A DNA stretch of 63,579 nt, counting the filler, from Reclinomonas americana ATCC 50394 (Eukaryota): the NCBI GenBank assembly GCA_048213135.1. It is 4 parts of 3 records of this genome, joined end to end, with 100 filler letters (N's around TTAATTAATTAA, not from the genome) between each part and the next. Parts side by side here need not be neighbours in the genome. Positions count along the whole stretch, not along the records: positions 1 to 22,585 come from PS015198.1; 3 more parts are not named here. The stretch is one strand, 5' to 3'. Shown piece by piece: positions 1 to 13,639 of the stretch. Below the pieces are notes generated by a model. It was not told the DNA's origin. It ran no database searches and worked only from the letters and a program-made list of their open reading frames with translations. A program made the translations under genes and the position numbers. Within the stretch, counting starts at the first letter, position 1; each line of letters begins with the position of its first letter.

Positions 1-63
1 CAAGGGGGAGTGACAAGGGGGAGTGACAAGGGGGAGTGACAAGGGGGAGTGACAAGGGGGAGT
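1..63. repeat. 13-bp tandem repeat (CAAGGGGGAGTGA), about 4.8 copies, cut by the window edge
   Basis: Unit read directly from the sequence. Confidence 0.9.
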
Positions 64-775
64 CAACAGAAGGAGAAACGAGGAGAGAGCGGTGAAAGAG
101 AAAGTGCAAGGTTCTCTCCCTCTTTCGCGCTCCTCATTCTCCTCTTTCCCATTCTCCTTCCCTTGACTTCCTCTTGCACTGGAGAGAGAATAAAGCACAA
201 AGTAGGAATCGAGGGGAGAAGGCGAGGATGGTAATCTTCAAACCGCGACCAGTCCTCACTGTTTCAGTCTCCATCCACTTCACGAAGCAAAGGATATCAA
301 AACTCCCCGATTCTGATGTTTGAACTCGGAGGAAATGCCAGCAGGACAAGCAGAGCAAGACATGCGGGTCGCTGAGTCTATCCTTCTCATCACGATTCTT
401 GTCTCTCTCAATCACAGTATTCACACACAATCTCTTGTTCGAAGATATCTTAACTCTGCCGATCTCAACCCACATTCACGCAATTGCCCTTCCACTCTTC
501 ACCCTTCGCGCCATACCTGCACCCTGCCGTTCTTAAATACACGCGCTTGTCCTTCTCTCCTCCCTTCGTGTCCTATCTTCATCCTGCCATTTTCACGCAC
601 GCCACACTTATTCTTCCACTACATCCACTCTCCCCCTTTTGCGCCATATTCTCACCCTCTCTTCAAAACCCACGTCACTCTTTTCCTCCCTCCCTCCCTC
701 CCTCCCTCCTCCCTCCCTCCCTCCCTCCCTCCCTCCCTCCCTCCCTCTCCACCCTTCCCCCTTTTTGCATCACTC

Positions 776-3700
776 ACCCCACGACCCGCACCAGCCTTCC
801 TCATGGCCGCCAGCATCAACTGCATGCTGATGCCATACTCGCAAAAGTACTGCACACGAACAAGCGCAAATTTCAGCATCCACATCGACACACTACTCCA
901 CACACCGCGCGCGCACACGAAACATCCATGCGCTTGTTCTTGTTGACCATCTTCAGCCGATACAGCGTGTCGCTGAAAACCACCTTGGGGTCCACACCCT
1001 CCCGCCCGAACCGCTCGTACAGTGGCAAGACCGCGCGAACGTCGTTCGTCACTGTCCGACAAGGAAAGTGAGACAGCTGTCGCGAAGAATAAAAGCAGCC
1101 GGAGCGCAACGCAACAAAGGGAAAACAGGCTTGCAGCAATCGGTCTCTTGCTCCACACCAACGGGTCGTCCTCCACCGTGCGGAGTGCATCGCGTTCCAC
1201 TGCGCGCGACGCGTTCTTGTCGGCGCGGGAGGGCGGCTGCATGTGCAGCGTTCGCATCACATCCATGATGCTCTGTGCGCCGCAGTTGGTGAGCGCGATT
1301 ACAGAACGCAAAAGCAAAGGAGCAGGATGGACGCACCCCGTGCGCCGGTGTACCCGAGTACTTGCGCATCGCCACCTGCGTGTCGTACACTTGCAGCGGC
1401 AACACGCCAAACTGGCAAATGAGAGCCGCAACCACACTCCGGCAGTCGTGCACCACCTTGACGAGTCGGTCGCTGGTGAGCAGCGCACTCAGCGGCGAGT
1501 CGGCCTTCAACAAAGCCGGGCACACAATAATGTCAAAGAGGAACACATGGTCGGCGGGGGTCGACACGGCCAGAATGCACAGCTTTCCACTGTGGCGAGG
1601 TGGTCAGAAGGAGGAAAGGAGAGATGACTGGAGGACGAGGTGGTGTGGAACGCACGTGTAACTCAAGTCGTTGCCGTAGCCCTGCACGCCCACTGCATCC
1701 AACCTGCCGAGGTCGGCACACACTGCGCGGCCTTGTGCCTCCGTGGTCACCGTGGTGTACAAGGAGGCGGAAGGCGCGGACGACGACGATGGGCCTGCGC
1801 CACTGCTAGGCATCGCCGCCGAAACGGTGGTCACCGTGGTCGTGGACGACGAAGAGGAGGCTTTCGGCGCAGCGGCTGAGGAAGCTGGAGGCGGAGGCGG
1901 AGGAGGAGCGCGGGATGGAGGTCCGCTGGCTGCTGCGGTGGCGGGTCNNNNNNNNNNNNNNNNNNNNNNNNNNNNNNNNNNNNNNNNNNNNNNNNNNNNN
2001 NNNNNNNNNNNNNNNNNNNNNNNNNNNNNNNNNNNNNNNNNNNNNNNNNNNNNNNNNNNNNNNNNNNNNNNNNNNNNNNNNNNNNNNNNNNNNNNNNNNN
2101 NNNNNNNNNNNNNNNNNNNNNNNNNNNNNNNNNNNNNNNNNNNNNNNNNNNNNNNNNNNNNNNNNNNNNNNNNNNNNNNNNNNNNNNNNNNNNNNNNNNN
2201 NNNNNNNNNNNNNNNNNNNNNNNNNNNNNNNNNNNNNNNNNNNNNNNNNNNNNNNNNNNNNNNNNNNNNNNNNNNNNNNNNNNNNNNNNNNNNNNNNNNN
2301 NNNNNNNNNNNNNNNNNNNNNNNNNNNNNNNNNNNNNNNNNNNNNNNNNNNNNNNNNNNNNNNNNNNNNNNNNNNNNNNNNNNNNNNNNNNNNNNNNNNN
2401 NNNNNNNNNNNNNNNNNNNNNNNNNNNNNNNNNNNNNNNNNNNNNNNNNNNNNNNNNNNNNNNNNNNNNNNNNNNNNNNNNNNNNNNNNNNNNNNNNNNN
2501 NNNNNNNNNNNNNNNNNNNNNNNNNNNNNNNNNNNNNNNNNNNNNNNNNNNNNNNNNNNNNNNNNNNNNNNNNNNNNNNNNNNNNNNNNNNNNNNNNNNN
2601 NNNNNNNNNNNNNNNNNNNNNNNNNNNNNNNNNNNNNNNNNNNNNNNNNNNNNNNNNNNNNNNNNNNNNNNNNNNNNNNNNNNNNNNNNNNNNNNNNNNN
2701 NNNNNNNNNNNNNNNNNNNNNNNNNNNNNNNNNNNNNNNNNNNNNNNNNNNNNNNNNNNNNNNNNNNNNNNNNNNNNNNNNNNNNNNNNNNNNNNNNNNN
2801 NNNNNNNNNNNNNNNNNNNNNNNNNNNNNNNNNNNNNNNNNNNNNNNNNNNNNNNNNNNNNNNNNNNNNNNNNNNNNNGGGGAAGGGGGGAAGGGGGAAG
2901 GGGGAAAGGGGGAAAGGGGGAAGGGGGGAAGAAGGGGAAGAGAAGGAAAGAGGAAAGGAGAGCGAGAGAGAAGGAGAGAGGAGAGATAGGGAGAGAGAAG
3001 GAGAGAAAGGGAGAGAGAAGGAGAGAAAGGGAGAGAGAAGGAGAGATACGTGAGACAGAAGGAAGCAAAGGAAAGAGAAGGGAAGAAAAAAGAGAGCGGA
3101 GGAGAGAGGGAGGGAGAGAGGGAGGAAGAGAGAGAAGGAGAGAAAGAGAGTAAAGGAGAAATAATGAGAGAGAATGAAAGAGAGAGACGGAAAGCAAGAA
3201 AGACGAAGCTGCAGCAGCAAGAACTCTCAACGGAAAGAGGGCGAGGAGACATGATAAGGCTCTGTCACGAGTTGTCAACCGCGCTGTTGGCGTCAGCAAT
3301 CATGCCAGAGATGAGGGCAGGAACAATGCAACGAAAACGAAGAGAGACGGAGAGAGAAGGAGAGAGAAGGAGAGAGAAGGAGAGAGACGGAGAACGAAGG
3401 AGAGTGAGCAGCGTAGAGAGACAGAGAAGAGAGAGGGGGGGAAGGATCAAGACGCAGGCACATCGGCAACTGCTTACTCTTCGCGCACTCCTTGAGACAA
3501 AAATGACACACTCGCCCTCTCCTTTCCCTCATTTCGCCACTCACCATCAAGCGCCGCCTGCATCTCTCCCAGTGGACGCTCCAACTTGCGCAGCGTGGTC
3601 TGACTCGACTGCAAGCACTCCTGCATCGCTGGTGACATTTCCGTGCCGACAAACTTGTTCAGTCGTGACATGCCTTCGGCTGTCAGGCGGAGGGCGAAGC

Positions 3701-4585
3701 GGAGGGCGGACTGTGATAGAGGAGGAAGGGGGGAATGAGGCAAAGGGGGAATGAGGCCAAGGGGGAGAGATGGTGAAGGTTTACGTTACTGAGAAAGTTC
3801 AGAGGAGGGCAGAGAGAATGAGAAGGCGATGAAGGACGAGGGATAACGGCACAGAATCTTGAGAAGAGGAACAGCGAGAGGAGATAGAGAAGACGACTCG
3901 CCCGTCTTCGGTTCCCTTCTCTTACTCTCTTGCTCACGCAAACGACGAAGGACGGATGAACATCAACAATTTGTTCTTCCCTTCCTTCGACGCTCATCCA
4001 TTGTCTTCTCTGACACAACAGCACTTCGGAAGATCGCAGAGGACAACACGAACTTCGACCATCGCTCCATTTCCCTATCTCTCTCTTGTCCCTCTGACAT
4101 GACGGATGGAAGAAAGAGGAGGAAGACGAGGCGAGGAGCATACACGTTACTAATGTTTCCTGCCTTCGCCCTTCATCGCTCATTGGTTCTTCGCTTTCTC
4201 TGCTTTGCTGCATCGCTGCATACGATGCATCGACTCGCGGAGAAGAAGGAGGAAAGGAGAAAAGGCATACAAATACCCTCCCTCCCATCGCTCTTCGATC
4301 CTCTTCTCCCATCCGACTCACCTGCAACTTCGCAATCGACGGATCGCGTCCCACCGCACCCCTCTCCCCAGCAGACACCTGCAACTGCTGATGCGACTGC
4401 TGCTGCTGCGACTGCTGCGAAGGCGGCGGAGGAGGATGAGGAGGACGCTCGGCCGACGATCGCCACTCGCCGCCATTCCGCGAACGTCGCACACGTCGAC
4501 TACGGCCCTCCCCGACGTTCCCGCTTCCCGCGCCCTCGCTGCTGCGTCCTGCACCGCCGCTGCCGCTGCTGTTGCCACGTCGCAT
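776..4585 (-). CDS. EXD1/Egalitarian-like DEDDy 3'-5' exonuclease-domain protein, probably catalytically inactive; multi-exon, interrupted by the gap at 1948-2878, ends uncertain
   Basis: Spliced exons (1947-1656, 1589-1337, 1272 onward) read AVGVQGYGNDLSYTGKLCILAVSTPADHVFLFDI...VKVVHDCRSVVAALICQFGVLPLQVYDTQVA...WSKRPIAASLFSLLTNDVRAVLPLYE, matching the EXD1/Egl family pattern. The putative first exon 4585-4322 (ATG to CAG|GTGAGT) is only tentatively linked across the gap. Confidence 0.75.
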
Positions 4586-5963
4586 GCGACCGCCCTGCTT
4601 GTGAGTGATCGAATGAATGAATCAGTGAATCTGCGATGGGTGCGGGGGTTTTTTTCGCAGAGATTTCCAACGCGCGCAACTCGATGAGAAGAGGAGCTGC
4701 CTGGTGGAGCTGACGATGAAGGAGGAGGTTGTGAGCCTGTGTGTGTGTGTGTTTTTGTCAGAGTGAGTGTGTGAGACATTTCCGACGAGTTTTCGACGGG
4801 GTTTTCGCCAGCCTGCCTCTCTCTGTGTGTACGTGTGCAGAGTGTGCGCGTGTGTGCGTGCACGCGTGTGCATCGCACAGAGCATGGAAAGAGAGACAAC
4901 GAGCACTCGGGCGAGGTGGCGCGTGCCATGTCCTTGATCTGGACCCTCCTCTCTCCCTTGCTATTCTTTCTGTGCCTCTCTTCGCAGTGCGCTCACCTGA
5001 AGGCCCTCCGTTGCCCGACATGTGCGTGCGTTGTGCGAGTGTGCGAAAAAAAATGGGATTGTGGTCTACGGTGCGGGTCTACAGAACGGCGGAAACGGTA
5101 ACTGGATGGGTGCGTCGCTGGTCGTTTCTGGGAGTGGAATGACTTTGAGATATGTGGTAGAAGTGGAAATTCGTCGCGCAGATAGTGGAATAAGAAGGGG
5201 GGCATGCCGTGTGGTGGAATTTTGAAGTCTGCAATTTTGAGATCGCGAGTTCAAAGCCGCCNNNNNNNNNNNNNNNNNNNNCAAAAAGCTGCCACAACAA
5301 CAACAATTCATTCACCAACAAACAAGCAACAGCTGTCTTGATGACCAAGTTCAACCAGCTGTCTTGATGACCGAGTTTCAACCGTATCCGACACATCAAC
5401 ACTTGTTTGTGTGTGTGTGTGTTCGAATTCGCTCTAGATCTCGGAGCTCCGAACAAGTCGAGAACTGCGATCTTCACCGCATTAGCGTGGATTTGACGCG
5501 CTTGCATAGACGCATAGCGTTTCTGCGATCGTACACGGCACATCGAATTCGAGAAAAGGCCATAAGCCAGCTGCAGGCAACAAAGCAAAGCCGAGTTCAG
5601 TTCGGTGAACTGCAAGCATAGCAGTGGAGGCGACGCGACCGACGTCGACATCATCGACGTCGACGGCACAGGGATGTGTACGCTGCGGTTGCGCATGCGC
5701 ATGCAAAGGACGTCGACGTGATCGCGATCGCGCTATCGATCTCGCTGTCAACGTGCGCGTCACAGTCTGCAGCTGCACGTGGCGTCGTCATCCCTAACAC
5801 TCCTCTCCCCCTTCCTTCCCTTCCTCACTATCACCACTCCTCCATTTCATCTTGCTGTTCGCTCTGCGGATCAACGAATCTTCACATTGCTTTCTCTCTC
5901 TCCGTTTCTTGCATCACACAGCGCGTGCGTGTGTGTGCGAAACAACAACAAAGACGCACACAG

Positions 5964-6546
5964 ATGGCCTCTCGTCGACCTCCTCCTCCACGCCCTCACT
6001 CCACAACAACAACAACTCCTTTGCTGCCAATGTCGGCCTCTTCTCTGTGCGACGACGACAAGAGGGCAGACATGATGCTCATCGACAGCAAGCAGCATGT
6101 GACGATGCCAGTGCTGATGATGATGCATTCCTCCTCTCTCTCCATCAACATCAACGATGATGATGATGAGATGAAGAAGAAGAGCGCATTGGGGTCGTCT
6201 GCTCCTGCGATGGCGAGGCGACGAGTGCCTCTCTCCTCTTCTTCTTCTTCTTCCACGTCTGTCACCGCCATCAGTGTCACTGCTAAGAAAGGTGTGTGTG
6301 TGTGTGTGTATGTGCATCTTCATCTCTCTCTTTACTTGCGCCTGTTGCGCTTGTGTATTGCCGTTGTGCTCTTTGTGCCTTTCATGTGGCCACAGCTGTG
6401 CGTCCTCCTTCCCTCCCCCTCTGTGTGTGACTGCGTTGGGCTCCACATTTTCCTCTCAATGATATGCTGAATGATGCTGATGGAGAGTGCATCGTTTTTC
6501 TCCTTCTTCTTCTTCTTCTTCTTCTTNNNNNNNNNNNNNNNNNNNN

Positions 6547-6635
<89 letters not shown>

Positions 6636-9600
6636 CTGTCTTTGTGTTCTCGCGTCACGTGTTGTCTCATCTGGATGGTGCATATACACAGCTATTCACC
6701 AGGAGCACATGGAACACACATCGATGGAAGGCATCGTCGAGGTACAGGACTAGTTGATGCGTGTCAATCCCAGATGAGCTTGTCTCTTACTGCTCTCCCT
6801 TGGCATGATTGTACAGCAACGCGCGAGGAGTCAGCGAGTCGACTCGTCTCTGATGGATCACAGCGAGGACTTGCCTGCACGTGATTCAGTTGAGACATCG
6901 GTCCGCAAGCGTTCTGTGGAGGTGAGCTCCGATGTGGCACGCGTCTCACGTGCCTCTCGCTCGTGCATCGCAGTTGACACCTCTGATGCTTTCCCTTCAT
7001 TCTCTGCAGGTGGATGCATCCAGCGAGGACGAGCTTGCGCCAAAGAAGAAGAAGAGGAAGGTGTGGATTCTCTGTCGCTGACATTGTTGTGTGTTTTCGT
7101 CAATCTGCACTTGGGTTCATTTGTGTCAATGATGCATACTGTGGGTTCACAGACTCGAGCTGCGAAAGAGCGAGAAGAGTTGAGCGCAGACGATAAGCTG
7201 TTGCTGAACAAGCTGCTTGTTGCGTGCGCATGCTCTCTGCGACAATTGCAACCCACCTTGCTCCTCCTTTCTCGTCGATGCACTCACCATTCTTACTGTG
7301 TCACTCGCAGCGATGCAATCGAAAGAGAGTTCTGGTGAAGGCATTTGGCCTGATGGCACCCATCGTTCAGCGATCCACTGTCATCCACCATCAGAGTGTT
7401 CTCTTTGATATTGCATGTGATGACTGCGGGATTCCTTTGTCGGAGTCGGGTCGCTCGTTGTCTCCCGTCAAGTGTGCATTCAGCAAGAGACTTGGCGTGA
7501 GTGCCGGTCATTCACGCCACTCAACGCCCAAAGCAGTGGAGGGTGTGCTCCAGAGCGTGAGCAACTACATCGAGGTGAGTGTGCATTTTGCCTGTGAACG
7601 ACTGTTGCATGTGAACCAACATGCAGGTGATTGCACTGTGCAGATGAGCCAGCTCAGTGGCGTGGCTCTGGTAGATGCTGTCGAAAGACCACTGATTGTG
7701 GTGGATGAGCGTGGGCATTCGGAGGTGCATTGTTTTGCATGATCTTCAGTGCCTGTTATGATCGTGTCCATTGATCTTCACCCTCGACCTCGTGTTACAG
7801 GAATCATGGAAGAAACTGCGTTCGCAGAACAGGAACATGATTGACCAGCTTCTGCCATTTGTTAAACAGGCCACGGATGCGTTGCGCGAGTGTTATGGTC
7901 TCATGACTGCTCTGTTTCGAACCAATCACCTCACTGAGGTTGAGATAGCACGTGCCGTCACGTGGTGCCGATCGAAAGGTCTGCAATCTCATACCGCTGT
8001 TGGTGTTGCTTGCACTGGCGTTGACCAGCACCACGCAGAATATGGCGATGTGAAGGTGGTGGACGAGGAGGAGGAGGAAAATGACGGAGAGGGTGATGTC
8101 GTCAAGTTCGAAGACGATGACATCAAGGTATGCAGCAATAGTGTACGAGCAACAAAAGCTGCGGGCGAGCAAGTCTTCGTGGACTTGGTCGACCATCGAT
8201 ATCTTGTGCGTTCACAGGCGGATGCGGGGAGTGACGATGACGGAGAAACAAAGTCGAGCAAGGTACGGCGATGCCAGTTTATGTTTATGGTTGGTGAGGC
8301 AGGTGTTGATTGTGGATGTTACACGGGGTATGCACTTGCAGCGCCTCAAGAGTGGTCGCCGTGTGCCGGATGTGGATTTGAGCAAGGACGAGCAGATGGT
8401 GCTGGACAGACTGCTTGTTGCGTGTGTATGTCCACAACACCTCAGCAAGGCAGAGTGATTGACTCAGCCATGTCTTTGTCTGTCATAACACCTGCGCGTG
8501 TGTGCGTACATGTGTGCGAACAGCGATGCAACAAGAAGAAGATACTGGTGATGGCATTCGGCATCATGGCGCCCATTGTGAAGACATCCGCAGTCTTGCA
8601 TCATCAGCGGGTTCTGTTTGAACTCGCCTGCACGGAGTGTGGCATCCCTTCGTCAGGAGCTGGCTCTCCGTCATCAGCAGTAATGGAAGCATTCGGCAAG
8701 AGTCTTGGCAAGGTCGTCGAAAGGGCACGCTGCAACGCGCCCAAGTCTGTTGAAGGAGTGCTCCAGAGCGTAAGCAAATTCATCGAGGTAAGCAAATGTC
8801 TGTTCTGTCTATCCCGCGCGACTGGAATGTGAGCCAACATCGATGCATGTGCAACTCTGCAGAAGGGTGAACTGCGCGGTGCTGCTCTGGCGGATGCCAT
8901 TGAGAGACCATTGATTGTGGTGGATGAACGTGGGCATTCAGAGGTGTGCCGACGTTCTCTTGTGGTCCTTGCATTTCTTGGTTTTGTGTCGACTCACTTG
9001 CTTCATTCACGATGTCGGTCGTGCTATAGGAGTCATGGACGATTGTAGAGAAAAAACGGAAGAGCAATGACCGTCTCCTGCCTCTCATTGCCCAAGCTGC
9101 GCGGGCTCTTCGCGAGTGTCCTGGCTTGCACGCGTCGCTGATTCGAGACGGCTGTCTCTCCGAGACGGAGATCGCACGGGCCGTCGAGTGGTGTGGCGAA
9201 AGAGGTTTGATGGCAACGAATGCGTTGTACTGTGTGCAGTGTGTTAGGACCGACGAGTGAGATGCAGCACTGCTGGAGACGAAGGTGGTGAAAGAAGAAG
9301 AGATGAAGGTGGAGAAGGAGGAGGAGGAGGAGGAGGAATGGGGAGATGATTCAAGCGTCGATGGGGAAGACGATGCAGACGACGACATGGATGAAGCTGA
9401 CATGAGGAAGGTATGACCATGGATGATCGGTCAGGTGCACGTTGTGGCAACATCTCATCTGTACATGCACAGCGACGAGGGAGTGGTCCTGCAACAATGA
9501 GCAGGGACGAACAACTGATGCTGGCGAGGCTGCTTGTTGAGTGTGCTTGCTGTCATGTCCTTCTGCGTAAGTCGTCTTGCTCATTGTGTGTTCATCGCAC

Positions 9601-12600
9601 CACCGATGTGTTCATGCGAGAGCAGTGCTGCAACAAGAAGAAGATACTGGTGACAGCATTCGGCATCATGGCGCCTTGTGTGATGGAATCCACTGTCCGT
9701 CATCATCAGCGCGTTCTTGTTGAACTCGCCTGCAAGGAGTGTGGCATCCCTTCATCGAAAGCAGGACGTCTTTCGTCGGCAGTCGTCAACTCATTCAGCA
9801 AGAGTCTTGGCGAATTCGTCCAAAAGGCACGCGCCAAGACGCCCAAGTCTGTTGAGGGAGTACTTCAGATAGTGGGCGACTTTATCGAAGTGAGCAGCGA
9901 CCATCCTCTTGCGCAAGTCTATCAATGGTGAGCGCTAACATATGTGCCATTACGCAGAAGAGTGAACTGTGCGGTGCGGCTCTGGCGGATGCCATTGAGA
10001 GGCCACTGGTTGTGTTGGATGAACGTGGTCATTCGGAGGTGTGTGGCCTCCCCGCGCTCAGTGTGCTCTGCGCACGCGTTGTTTCTCACGTTCTATGCTT
10101 TTTAAATTCGGATGTCAGGAATCGTCACTCTTGCCAGGGATGAAGCGCAACATACAGAATCCTCTTCTGCCATTCGTGACACAGGCCGTGGATTCTCTCC
10201 ACAACTGCCCGGGTCTGCTGGCCATTCTGCTTCGAGACGGTTCTCTTTCCGAGGCGGAGATTACTCGTGCCGTCAAGTGGTGCCGTGAACGAGGTTTGGT
10301 TGCGTGACACACATTGTTGCAAAGTGTGAATACTCTGACAAACAGGCGACAGCTCTGAAGGAGATGGAGATGATAAAGAGAGAGGAGAAGAGGGAGGACG
10401 AGCAGGAGGATGATGATGATGACGGCAGCGAGAATGAGGACGATGACGGGAAGGGAAACAGGAGACACAAGGTACGCCCGTCACTGCTATCTATAAGTGA
10501 GACGTGAATGGTGTGTGTATCTCAAAAACTGCACGATTCTCAACCACAGCGCCACAAGAGTGGTCTTTCGAAATTGAGCATCAACGAGCAACTACTGCTC
10601 GTGAGACTACATGTTGCGTATTGTTGTTGTTGCCTCTCTGCTCGGCTCCTCACTCCCACTTACTCCATGCACGTGCGAACAGGGATGCAACAAGAAGATG
10701 GTGCTGGTGAAGGCATTCGGCCTCATGGCACCCGTGGTGATGCCGTTGACAGTCCGCCATCATTGGCGAGTTATCGTTCAACTTGCCTGTGATGAATGCG
10801 GAATACCCTCAAAGGGCCCCTCAGCCGCAGTCTTGTCTGCATTCGGCAAGAGCCTTGCCAAAAGTGCCGGCACGGCACGCAACAAGACGACCAAGTCTGT
10901 GGAGGGCGTGGTTGAGAGAGTGAGCAACTTTATCGAGGTAAGTGTCTCTGTCTTGACTTTGTTTATTCGACTGTGACTTGCCTGCTTGCTGATCCGACAT
11001 TCATGTGTGTGTATGTGGAATCATTAGAAAAGCGGTCTTCGAGGAGCTGAGCTGGTGAATGCTGTCGAGAGGCCTATGATTGTGATTGACAACCATGGCC
11101 ACTCGGAGGCATGTGGACTGTGATTGTGTGCATCGATGTGCGTCAATGATGTTGTCTCACTTTCTCGATTCTCCGGTGGTAGGAATCAGCCAAGCTGACG
11201 CAGATAAACGGCAAGCAAAACGTTCTTCTGCCGTTCGTCACACAGGCCATGCAGGCTCTTCGCAACTTCCCTGGCCTGCTGGCCACCTTGATTCGAGATG
11301 GATGCCTTTCCGAGGCGGAGATTGCACGTGCTTCCGCGTGGTGCAGTGAACGAGGTTTGGCTGCGTGCCATTCTTTGCTGCACAGTGTGAGCAGGTGCTG
11401 ACAAGCAAGTGACCAGTCATGAGGGAGATGGAGATGATGAAGAAAGAGGAGAAGAGAGAGGAGGACGAGCAGGCGGATGCTGATGACGGCAGCGAGAATG
11501 AAGACGACTACGGGGAGGGCAACACGAGACACAAGGTACGCCCGTCAGTGATATCTAGAATCTCTATGAGGCGTGAATGATGTGTGCGTTTAAAAACTGT
11601 ACGGTTCTCAATCACAGTACCGGAAGAGTGGCCCTGCGAAGTTGAGCGTCAACGAACAGCTTATGCTCACGAGGCTATATGTTGCGTGTTGTTGTTACCT
11701 CTCTGCTCGGCTCCTCACTCCCACTTACTCCACGCACGTGCGAGCAGGGCTGCAACAGGAAGAGGATACTAGTGAAGGCATTCGGCCTCATGGCACCCGT
11801 GGTGATGCCATCCACAGTCCTTCATCATCAGCGCGTTCTCCTCCAACTTGGCTGTGACGATTGCGGCATGCCGTCCGAGGGATCGAGCTGCCCATCATCT
11901 GCGGTCATGTCTGCATTTGGCAAGAGTCTTGCAAGGAGTGCCGCGGGGGAACGCGGTAAGACGACCAAGTCAGTTGAGGGTGTGCTGGCGAGCGTGAGCC
12001 ACTTCATCGACGTGAGTACCAGTGTGTTGTTTCTGTGTCGCGTCCGACCGTGACGATCCGTTTACTAACTTGAGTTCAATATATGCGGGATCATCAGAAG
12101 AGTGGTCTTCGAGGAGCCGAGCTTGTGAATGCTGTCGAGAGGCCGATGATTGTGATTGACGAACGTGGCTACTCGGAGGCATGTGGACGTCAGTTATGTT
12201 CGCTGTTGTGTGCCGATGATGTTGTCTCACTTTCTCGATTCTCGGGTGACAGGAATCAGTCAAGCTGATGCAGAGATACGGCAAGCAAAATGTTCTTCTG
12301 CCATTCGTCACACGGGCCATGCAGGCTCTCCACAGCTGCCCTGGCCTGCTGACCGCTCTGCTTCGAGACGGTTGCCTCTCTGAGGAAGATATGGAGCGTG
12401 CTGTCGAGTGGTGCAGTGAACGAGGTTTGGCTGCGTGACATTCATTGCTGCACACTGTGTGCTGGTGCTGACATGGACAGCTCTGAGGGAGATGGAGATG
12501 ATTAAAAAAGAGGAGAAGGGAAAGGACGACGAGCAGGCGAATGATGATGACGACAGCGAGAATGAGGACGACGACGGGGAGGGGAAAAGGAGACACAAGG

Positions 12601-13639
12601 TACGCCCGTCAGTGCTATCTATAAGACGTGAATGATGGGTGCATTTCAAAACTGCATGGTTTCTCAATCGCAGCGCCACAAGAGTGGCCCTGCGAAATTG
12701 AGCGTCAACGAGCAGTTAATGCTCACGAGACTACATGTTGCGTGTTGCTGTTACCTCGCTGCTCAGCTCCTCACTCCCACTCACCAACCGCATATGCGAA
12801 CAGGGCTGCAACAAGAAGAGGATACTGGTGAAGGCATTCGGCCTCGTGGCACCTGTGGCCATGCCATCTACTGTCCTCCATCATCAGCGCCTTCTCTTTC
12901 AGCTTGCCTGTGATGAATGCGGAATACCGTCAGAGGGACCTGGCTGTCCATCATCCGCTGTCATGTCTGCATTTGGCAAGAGTCTTGCCAATAGTGCCGG
13001 CACGACACGCAACAAGACGCCCAAGTCGGTTCAAGGTGTGCTAGCGAGCGTGTCCAACTTCATCGAGGTGATGTTTCTGTGTCGCCTCCGATCGTGACGT
13101 TCTGGTGACTGACTTGAGTTCAATATATTCGCGCGGGATCATCAGAAGAGCGGTCTTCGAGGAGCTGCGCTGCTGAGTGCTATCGAGAGACCACTGATTG
13201 TGATTGACGAACGTGGTCACTCTGAGGCATATCTTCTGGGTGTGTGGTTCTGTGGATCGATGTAAGCATGCTCACTTTGCGTACTCTGGCAGGAATCGGC
13301 AAAGTTGTGGAGGGGAGGCCGTCAAAATTCTCTTCTGCTATTTGTCACGCAGGCCATGCAGCTGCTCCACACTTACCCTGGCCTGCTGACCACTCTGCTT
13401 CGAGATGGTTGTCTTTCGACAGCGGAGATTGAGCGTGCCGGTGAGTGCTCCAAATGGAACAATCTGAGTGCACCTGCTGTTGTTGTCGTGCCACCATCAG
13501 CGCTGACGAGCATGATGCAGTGGTGGGTGACGAGAAGCCGGGGAAGATGGAGGTGAAGAAAGAGGAGGAGGAGGAGAACGAGGAGGAGGAAGAGGAGGAG
13601 GAGGAGGAGGAGGAGGAGGACGAGAACGAGGACATGTAG
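5964..13639 (+). CDS. Uncharacterised repeat-module protein, paralogue A: low-complexity N-terminus, PKKKKRK NLS-like motif, 6 tandem ~200-aa modules, poly-Glu C-terminus
   Basis: Core exons at 7311-7574, 8524-8787, 9626-9889, 10683-10937, 11748-12011 and 12804-13067 (264 nt, one of 255 nt, phase 0/0) read xCNKKxILVKAFGxMAP...HHQRVLFELACxECG...PKSVEGVLxSVSxFIE. Each has conserved flanking exons and consistent splice sites. Stop TAG at 13637-13639. Confidence 0.8.
6547..6632. repeat. (CT)n microsatellite, intronic
   Basis: Perfect dinucleotide run next to a gap; the homologous run in paralogue B is at 15488-15591. Confidence 0.95.

Noticed and set aside
1-63. G-rich repeat as a telomere
   Set aside because: It is a short 13-bp minisatellite that decays into purine-rich sequence and matches no telomere motif I recognise.
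1604-3299. Long ORFs across N gaps and SL/RE/HT-rich ORFs throughout the window
   Set aside because: Artefacts of gaps and of CT/GA/CA microsatellites.
7801-7980. Repeat module as a W2/MA3 HEAT domain (LxRDGxLSExEIxxAxxW plus acidic tail)
   Set aside because: The resemblance covers only ~20 aa and cannot be supported without a profile search.
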